From assembly GCA_017942005.1 (NCBI GenBank), contig JAGAVJ010000003.1, positions 101,700 through 165,699 on the forward strand: a DNA stretch of 64,000 bases, written 5' to 3'. Numbering within the stretch: the first letter of the stretch is position 1; each line of letters starts with the position of its first letter. This document shows, piece after piece, positions 58,158-64,000 of the stretch. This DNA is from Clostridia bacterium (GTDB lineage: Bacteria; Bacillota; Clostridia; Oscillospirales; CAG-272). The translations under genes were made by a program, and so were the position numbers. The notes under the pieces are model-generated. The model was not told the DNA's origin. It did no database searches and worked only from the letters and a program-made list of their open reading frames with translations.

Positions 58158-58826
58158 TTACTTGGTGAAATTTTTCTGTACAAAGGCGTACAGCAGCGCA
58201 GGATCGTCCAAAATCCTGTCATCGGGGAGTCCGTGTTCCCGCAGAAAGTCACGTCCGCGAAAACCCCATGCGCAGCCGATGCAGGGAATGCCGGCGTTCT
58301 TTGCTGTTTCAATATCCACATCGGAGTCACCGATGTAGATGCATTCCTCCCTTGATACACCAAGTTCTTCCATCGCGTCGAACAGAGCATCGGGGGCAGG
58401 CTTCTTGCGGCGTCCCTCCTGTTCTCCAAGCGCGACGGAAATGTAGTCTGAGAAAAATTCGGCGTTCAGCGCTTTGACAGCGGCGTCAAACTTGTTGGAA
58501 ATGACCGCCATCTTCCAACCCTTGTCATGCAGCGCATGCAGGGACAGAAGGATTCCTTCATAGGGTGCGGTATGTTCTCTGCTGTGTTCTGCATAATGCC
58601 CTCGAAAGACAGACAGCACCTCTTCTGTAACCTTGGGTGGTGTCCCTGCCGGTACGGCAAGTGCAATCAGCCGTGCCACACCGTTGCCGACAAACATACG
58701 CACCTCGTCAAGAGAACGCAGGGGAAACTGAAACGCTTCCAATGCATAGTTGACAGAACGGTATAAATCCTCCAGTGTGTTTAACAGTGTTCCGTCTAAA
58801 TCAAATAATAAAGCTTTATATTTCAT
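58158..58826 (-). CDS. HAD-family phosphatase (phosphoglycolate phosphatase-like)
   Basis: MKYKALLFDLDGTLLNT (motif I), ISNK (motif II), GDSDVD (motif IV). An alternative TTG at 58844 overlaps the mgsA stop. Confidence 0.85.
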   Translation of the reverse strand: MKYKALLFDLDGTLLNTLEDLYRSVNYALEAFQFPLRSLDEVRMFVGNGVARLIALAVPAGTPPKVTEEVLSVFRGHYAEHSREHTAPYEGILLSLHALHDKGWKMAVISNKFDAAVKALNAEFFSDYISVALGEQEGRRKKPAPDALFDAMEELGVSREECIYIGDSDVDIETAKNAGIPCIGCAWGFRGRDFLREHGLPDDRILDDPALLYAFVQKNFTK

Positions 58827-58840
58827 GGCAGTTTCAGGGA

Positions 58841-59314
58841 TCAAAGGGTGTTTGCGCGATCCTCAATATTTTTGCGGAAGTTGATGATATCGTGCGTATA
58901 TTCTCCCGACATATACGCAGATGTGATGACAAAGTCTGCTGTTGCACGGTTATTGGCAATCGGGATGTCGTAGACCTGCGCAATGCGGAGGAGCGCCTTG
59001 ACGTCCGGGTCGTGCGGCTGTGCGGCAAGCGGGTCGGAAAAGAAGATCACAAGATCAATTTTGCCGTCGACGATGCGTGCACCGATCTGCTGGTCGCCGC
59101 CGAGCGGGCCGGAATTATAGCCGCGTACCGGCAGTCCGGTTTCCTCTGCGACCATACGGGCGGTTGTCCCCGTGCCGCACAGGAAATGGCACTCGAGAAT
59201 GGACTTGTTCTTTTTGCACCAGTCTATCATATCGTGTTTTTTGGAATCGTGCGCGATCAGAGCGATATTTTTCTGACGGCCGATAACCATACTGATTTTT
59301 TCATTTTCAAACAT
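58841..59314 (-). CDS. mgsA: methylglyoxal synthase
   Basis: ATG 59314 after AAAGGAA. IALIAHDSKK, LCGTGTTARMV, SGPLGGDQQIGA, DPLAAQPHDPDVKALLR. Confidence 0.93.
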   Translation of the reverse strand: MFENEKISMVIGRQKNIALIAHDSKKHDMIDWCKKNKSILECHFLCGTGTTARMVAEETGLPVRGYNSGPLGGDQQIGARIVDGKIDLVIFFSDPLAAQPHDPDVKALLRIAQVYDIPIANNRATADFVITSAYMSGEYTHDIINFRKNIEDRANTL

Positions 59315-59377
59315 AATCGAATTCCTTTCTGTTAAAGGGATTTTTTTCTTTATTGTGTCAGTCATCAAACGGTTTGA

Positions 59378-60169
59378 TCAGTTATCAAACGGTGTGATGA
59401 TTTGTTCTGTGCCGATGATCTTTTTTGCGTCGGTGTCTAAGGTAAATACCGCTGCATTGAGCATAATCGGCGTGTCTGCAAGTTCAAAGCGCACTGGCAT
59501 TTTTGTAATAAGCTTTTCAATGATGATGTCGCTGCGTACTCCGAGAATGCTGTCACACGGACCGGTCATGCCAAGGTCTGTGATGTAGCCTGTACCAAGC
59601 GGAAGAATTTGCAGGTCAGCGGTCGGCACATGTGTATGCGTACCAAATACGATATTCACGCGCCCATCAAGATAGAATCCCATTGCGCGTTTTTCGCTTG
59701 TTGCTTCTGCATGAAAGTCAACGCAGACAAAATCGTAGCGTCCTGCCTCATGCTGTAAAATGCGGTCAACGGCAGAAAACGGATTTTCGAGTGCATCCAT
59801 ATAAACGGTACCGAGAACATTGATGACAAGGAAGCGGTATCCCATCACGGAAAAGACAGTATAGCCGGAGCCGGGACACGCGGCGGGATAATTTGCCGGA
59901 CGCAGAATCTGTTCATTGGTACAGAGAAAATCACGGATATCGCGTTTTTGCCAGATGTGGTTTCCGGTTGTGATGACGTCGACTCCGGCAAACAGAAGTG
60001 CTTTTGCACTCTGGATATCAATACCGTTGCCGGGGGCGGCATTTTCACCGTTGGCAATGACGAAATCTGCGCGCAGCGTATTGCGCAGGGAAAAGAGGTG
60101 TTTGGATAACACATCGACGGCACACGGTCCGACAACATCGCCGATGGTAAGAATACGGAGTTTGCTCAA
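59378..60169 (-). CDS. ymdB: YmdB-type metallophosphoesterase (2',3'-cyclic-nucleotide phosphodiesterase family)
   Basis: LRILTIGDVVG, ANGENAAPGNGI, TTGNHIW, DFHAEATSEK. Proposed TTG start at 60169 lies 8 nt after AGGAGA. The listed ATG 60217 lies inside the upstream terminator. Confidence 0.85.
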   Translation of the reverse strand: MSKLRILTIGDVVGPCAVDVLSKHLFSLRNTLRADFVIANGENAAPGNGIDIQSAKALLFAGVDVITTGNHIWQKRDIRDFLCTNEQILRPANYPAACPGSGYTVFSVMGYRFLVINVLGTVYMDALENPFSAVDRILQHEAGRYDFVCVDFHAEATSEKRAMGFYLDGRVNIVFGTHTHVPTADLQILPLGTGYITDLGMTGPCDSILGVRSDIIIEKLITKMPVRFELADTPIMLNAAVFTLDTDAKKIIGTEQIITPFDN

Positions 60170-60205
60170 AATAGATGTCTCCTGTGTGGTTTGCGTGATA
60201 ATGGC

Positions 60206-60264
60206 GGAAAAAACCAAACGGACCGCACCCTGACGCAGTAAAAGGGACAGGAAGCGGTCCGTTT
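60206..60264 (-). terminator. strong Rho-independent terminator between rny and ymdB
   Basis: Minus strand reads AAACGGACCGC-(27 nt)-GCGGTCCGTTT followed by GGTTTTTT. Ends only about 35 nt before the ymdB RBS. Confidence 0.8.
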
Positions 60265-60398
60265 CATGACTTGGATTTGATTGCCGTGCTTTTCATGCTG
60301 TAAGATGCAGATTCTTCAATGACAGCGGCACATGGACAGCAAATGATGCATTGGTCAAATGCGCCGTCTGCTTTTTGCGGTACCGTTTTCTTCTGCAA
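60264..60398 (-). CDS. candidate 44-aa Cys-rich small ORF, in frame behind the rny stop
   Basis: TTG 60398 lies 8 nt after AAGGGA. Translation (done by hand) is MQKKTVPQKADGAFDQCIICCPCAAVIEESASYSMKSTAIKSKS. The stop codon touches the terminator stem. Confidence 0.2.
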   Translation of the reverse strand: MQKKTVPQKADGAFDQCIICCPCAAVIEESASYSMKSTAIKSKS

Positions 60399-60467
60399 GC
60401 GTGGTTTCCCTTTTCTTTTTGGTTTTTCGTGATAGAAAATCAGGCGGAAATCAGGAAATGGGGTACG

Positions 60468-62012
60468 TTACTTTGCATATTCTACGGCGCGGCTTTCGCG
60501 GATGATATTGACCTTTATCTGACCCGGATATTCAAGCTCAGACTCAATTTTCTTGACAATCTCTTTTGCAACCAGTACCATACGTTCGTCGGATACATCC
60601 TCCGGCTTGACCATGATGCGGATTTCGCGTCCGGCCTGGGTAGCAAAGGATTTTTCAACGCCAGGGAAGCTGTTTGCAATTTCTTCAAGCTTTTCCAGAC
60701 GTTTGATATAATTCTCAAGGTCTTCCCTTCTTGCGCCGGGACGCGCTGCGGAAAGATCGTCAGCAGCATCTACAATCATGGCGGTCAGGGTCTGCGGCTC
60801 TACGTCGCCGTGATGCGCTTCAATCGCATGGATGACCTCGCGGCTCTCCTTATACTTGCGTGCAATATCGACGCCAAGCTGTACATGGGAGCCCTCAACC
60901 TCCTGCGTCAGTGCCTTGCCGATGTCATGAAGCAGTCCGGCACGCTTTGCAATGACGGGGTCGGCGCCGAGTTCGTCTGCGATCATACCGGAAAGCATAG
61001 CGACTTCAATGGAGTGCTTTAAGACATTCTGCCCGTAGCTGGTACGGAATTTCAGCCGTCCAAGCAGACGTACAAGCTCGGAATTGATGCCGTGGATACC
61101 GACCTCAAAGACGGCGCGTTCTCCTGCCTGCTTAATGATCGCATCTACCTCACGGCGGGACTTTTCCACCATTTCCTCAATGCGTGCGGGGTGAATGCGT
61201 CCGTCGGCGATCAGCTTTTCCAGCGCCAAGCGTGCAACCTCACGGCGGATGGGATCAAAGCTGGAAAGTGTGATTGCTTCCGGCATATCGTCGATGATGA
61301 GGTCAACGCCCGTCAGTGTTTCAATGGTACGGATGTTGCGTCCCTCGCGGCCGATGATGCGTCCCTTCATTTCGTCATTGGGCAGGTTGACAACGGAAAC
61401 CGTTGCCTCCGATACCAGATCGGCGGACATACGCTGGATGGCAAGCGTGATGATGTTGGCGGCCTTTGCGTCCGCTTCTTCTCTTGACTGCTGTTCGATT
61501 TCGATGACACGCTTGGCTGCCTCGAGCTTGGCTTCGTCTTCAATTTGGGAGACCAGCTCGTTTTTTGCCTCGACAACGGTAAGACCGGAAAGCTGTTCCA
61601 GCACGGTGACTTCCTGTGCCTTCATGCGTTCGATTTCTTCCGCTGCCTCGGTGTTCTCTTTCATCTTTCTGTTTAAAGCTTCTTCCTTGCGGTCTGCTGC
61701 CTCGTGCTTGCGTTCCAAGGTCTCTTCTTTTTGGGCAATTTTGCGTTCGAGTCTGGAAATTTCTGCACGACGGTCCTTTATTTCCCGTTCGGCCTCATTT
61801 TTCGTCTGGAGGATTTCCTCCTTGGCTTCAATCAGTGCTTCTTTTTTCTTCGTCTCACCGAGCTTTTTTGCTTCGTCGATAATTGACGCAGCCTTTTCCT
61901 CAGCCGAGCCAATCTCCGCTTCCCCTACCTTTTTCCGATAGAAGTAGCCGCCAAGTGCGCCCGCGACGATACAAATTACAGCAATCAAGGGGTAACACAC
62001 ATAATGAATCAT
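60468..62012 (-). CDS. rny: ribonuclease Y
   Basis: N-terminal TM helix ([18 protein letters not shown]), coiled coil, KH domain ([17 protein letters not shown]), HD domain (LLHDIGK), C-terminus RAVEYAK. The ATG at 62012 matches the usual N-terminus. The listed 62117 start adds 35 non-homologous residues. Confidence 0.95.
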   Translation of the reverse strand: MIHYVCYPLIAVICIVAGALGGYFYRKKVGEAEIGSAEEKAASIIDEAKKLGETKKKEALIEAKEEILQTKNEAEREIKDRRAEISRLERKIAQKEETLERKHEAADRKEEALNRKMKENTEAAEEIERMKAQEVTVLEQLSGLTVVEAKNELVSQIEDEAKLEAAKRVIEIEQQSREEADAKAANIITLAIQRMSADLVSEATVSVVNLPNDEMKGRIIGREGRNIRTIETLTGVDLIIDDMPEAITLSSFDPIRREVARLALEKLIADGRIHPARIEEMVEKSRREVDAIIKQAGERAVFEVGIHGINSELVRLLGRLKFRTSYGQNVLKHSIEVAMLSGMIADELGADPVIAKRAGLLHDIGKALTQEVEGSHVQLGVDIARKYKESREVIHAIEAHHGDVEPQTLTAMIVDAADDLSAARPGARREDLENYIKRLEKLEEIANSFPGVEKSFATQAGREIRIMVKPEDVSDERMVLVAKEIVKKIESELEYPGQIKVNIIRESRAVEYAK

Positions 62013-62316
62013 TTGTTTGTGTATCAGACTGCCCTTAAAGACCCGACCTTTGCATGTGAAAAATTGCCGTTGGTATGACAGGAACTGTATGACAGAAACT
62101 GTCACGGACATCGACAATTGTGATACACAATCTGTGTATCAGTGGGCGTCAAGAGGAGTCTGTTTCCTCCTTGGTTGAATTATTATAACATATCTATTTT
62201 AATGTATTTTTATGAACTTGTCAAGGGGTTTTCCTTTATTTTTTTATTTTCATTGCCAAATTAAGGAAAAATGGATGCGAAAAAGTAAATAATATTATAA
62301 TATTGTAAAGATCACG

Positions 62317-62345
62317 TTGACAAATTCCCAAAATCGGAGTAAAAT
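62317..62345 (+). promoter_or_regulatory. promoter of the yicC-remA-gmk cluster
   Basis: TTGACA (62317-62322), 17 nt spacer, TAAAAT (62340-62345). Confidence 0.6.
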
Positions 62346-62412
62346 ATAAAATATATATCATCAGAAAATGATGTGAAAAGACGATGGAAAAAGGGAAGGA
62401 ACAAGTATCAGT

Positions 62413-63300
62413 ATGATTCGCAGCATGACCGCTTATGGGCGCGCAAAGCAGCAGACGGGCGGTAAGGATATCACCGTGGAAATCCGGTCTGTCAACAACC
62501 GTTATCTGGACTGTGCCGTAAAGATTTCCAGGATGTATGGATTTCTTGAGGAGCGCGTCAAATCCTATATCAAGGAAAAAGGGATTTCCCGCGGCAAAAT
62601 CGACGTATATATCAATATTGATCTCATTGACACACAAGGCGTTTCTGTTTCGCTGGACAGCGCTTATGCACAGAGCTATCTGGAAGCGCTGTACCGTCTG
62701 CGCGATACCTTTGGATTGCGGGATGACATCTCTGTCATGCGGGTTGCAGCAAACAAAGACATTTTTGCCGTTACAAAACCGGATGAAGATACAGAAGGGG
62801 ATTGGAACGATGTAAAATTTGTGCTTGACGAAGCGCTTGATGAATTTCTTTCAATGCGGGAAGCGGAGGGCGCACGGCTGCGGGATGATATTGCTGCAAA
62901 AAAAGAAGCGCTTGCAGCACGTGTGCCGGAAATCGAAGCCCTCTCACGACAGGATACCGCAGGATATGCATCTAAACTGGAAGCGCGTCTGCGGCAGGTG
63001 CTTGCAGACCGTGACCTAAAAATTGAAGAGTCGCGCATATTAACGGAATGCGCCATTTTCGCGGACAAGGTCGCAGTGGATGAGGAAACCGTGCGTCTGG
63101 ACAGCCACTTCCGCGCGTTTGACGAAATGCTTGACAGTGAAGAACCGGTCGGAAGAAAGCTGGATTTCCTGATTCAGGAAATGAACCGGGAGACCAATAC
63201 CATCGGTTCCAAGGCGTGTGATGTGCGCATTGCAAAGATTGTTGTGGATATGAAGAATGAGATTGAAAAGATTCGGGAGCAGGTACAGAACATCGAATAA
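62413..63300 (+). CDS. yicC: YicC/YloC-family protein (stress-induced endoribonuclease family)
   Basis: MIRSMTAYGRA...EIRSVNNRYLD N-terminus, C-terminal LIQEMNRETNTIGSK. Gene order yloC-remA-gmk matches Bacillus. Confidence 0.9.
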   Translation: MIRSMTAYGRAKQQTGGKDITVEIRSVNNRYLDCAVKISRMYGFLEERVKSYIKEKGISRGKIDVYINIDLIDTQGVSVSLDSAYAQSYLEALYRLRDTFGLRDDISVMRVAANKDIFAVTKPDEDTEGDWNDVKFVLDEALDEFLSMREAEGARLRDDIAAKKEALAARVPEIEALSRQDTAGYASKLEARLRQVLADRDLKIEESRILTECAIFADKVAVDEETVRLDSHFRAFDEMLDSEEPVGRKLDFLIQEMNRETNTIGSKACDVRIAKIVVDMKNEIEKIREQVQNIE

Positions 63301-63357
63301 ACCGTCGCACCGTCTTTCAAATCTGTATGGGAATGGGAAATGGAAAAATAAAAAGGC

Positions 63358-63714
63358 ATGAATAAGTTTATCAGCATTGGACACGGCAATACCGTTGCGG
63401 CATCCCGCATTGTCGCCGTCGTCACGCCGGAGTCTTCCCCGGTCAAGCGTCTGATTCAGGACGCAAAGGAGGATGGACGTGCCATTGATACGACGGCAGG
63501 ACGCAAAACGCGCGCCGTGCTGATTGCAGACACCGGGCATGTGATTTTGTGTGCATTGCAGCCGGAAACCGTTACCGCCCGCTTAAACGGCAAGCCGGAG
63601 ACGGAAACAGAGGCAGGAGCAGGAACAGATGCAGAAGCTTTTCCTGACGGGGACTGCACGGGCACAGACATTACAGAATCCCATGAGGGGGCAGACGCCG
63701 CCGACGACACTTGA
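63358..63714 (+). CDS. remA: DUF370 regulator RemA with an acidic C-terminal extension
   Basis: [61 protein letters not shown] is near-canonical RemA. About 40 extra D/E/T/G-rich residues. Confidence 0.9.
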   Translation: MNKFISIGHGNTVAASRIVAVVTPESSPVKRLIQDAKEDGRAIDTTAGRKTRAVLIADTGHVILCALQPETVTARLNGKPETETEAGAGTDAEAFPDGDCTGTDITESHEGADAADDT

Positions 63715-63778
63715 CCGTACAGAACTTGGTTTTGACAATTTCAAGAAAACATCCGAAAGAAAGGATTAAAAAAACAAT

Positions 63779-64000
63779 ATGGCAAAGGAACATGCATTCA
63801 CAAAAGGAATCCCGTTTGTAATATCCGGACCCTCCGGCTGCGGCAAGGGAACCATTGTAAAGGCATTGCTTGAAAAATATCCGGAACGCTTTGCGCTGTC
63901 TGTTTCTGCAACCACACGGAAAAAGCGAGAAGGAGAAAAAGACGGCGTCCAATACTACTTCATTTCCAAAGAAGAATTTGAGCGAAGAATTGCTGTCGGC
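63779..64000 (+). CDS. gmk: guanylate kinase, N-terminal part (3' end outside window)
   Basis: ATG 63779. FVISGPSGCGKGTIVKALL (P-loop), SATTRKKREGEKDGVQYYF. The frame is open to the window end. Confidence 0.9.
   Translation, partial: MAKEHAFTKGIPFVISGPSGCGKGTIVKALLEKYPERFALSVSATTRKKREGEKDGVQYYFISKEEFERRIAVG

Noticed and set aside
58018-58338. 106-aa plus-strand ORF with a strong SD (GGGGGAGG, 6 nt, ATG)
   Set aside because: After 47 codons it runs antisense into the HAD phosphatase gene for 180 nt. No family is recognisable. It might be a short real peptide with a mis-predicted end, but I cannot support that.

Overview
This 64 kb window looks like the origin-proximal chromosome of a mid-GC Firmicute, probably a member of the Clostridia. 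Supporting genes are spoVG, remA/remB, rny-ymdB, nfnAB-like genes and a parB-like/parA/parB cluster. It is almost entirely housekeeping genes, mostly on the + strand. In order: MBL hydrolase (partial), MATE pump, RlmI-like methyltransferase, XRE/GyrI-like regulator, MoxR-DUF58-transglutaminase operon, BNR protein, nfnAB-like pair, padR-DUF2812, orphan solute-binding lipoprotein, spoVG, murC, pyrR-pyrP. Then a disrupted sigma-factor gene, lepA-hemW, rsmG, parB/noc-like, parA, parB, serS, a MORN protein, lexA, dnaA, dnaN, recF, remB, gyrB, a PfkB-family kinase, gyrA, recA, recX, rimO, pgsA. Then (minus strand) rny-ymdB-mgsA-HAD, and finally yicC, remA and gmk (partial). I saw no rRNA, tRNA, CRISPR array, prophage, transposase or recognisable defence island, and I could not find a convincing novel multi-gene system. 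The unusual content is mostly non-coding. (1) A DnaA-box cluster (candidate oriC) lies in a spacer of about 1 kb between dnaA and dnaN. (2) There are three identical perfect parS palindromes. (3) A very dense family of modular palindromic, MITE-like intergenic repeats sits mostly just after stop codons. Gene-level oddities are a RimO whose radical-SAM CxxxCxxC motif reads CxxxCxxY, a frame-disrupted sigma-factor gene, a roughly 260 aa acidic N-terminal extension on HemW that contains a parS site, low-complexity insertions in many core proteins, and about 17 kb of essential genes left of the candidate oriC that point toward it. All calls rest on reading the sequence and ORF track and on remembered family motifs. 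No database search or computation was run, and start codons were chosen from RBS spacing and remembered N-termini.
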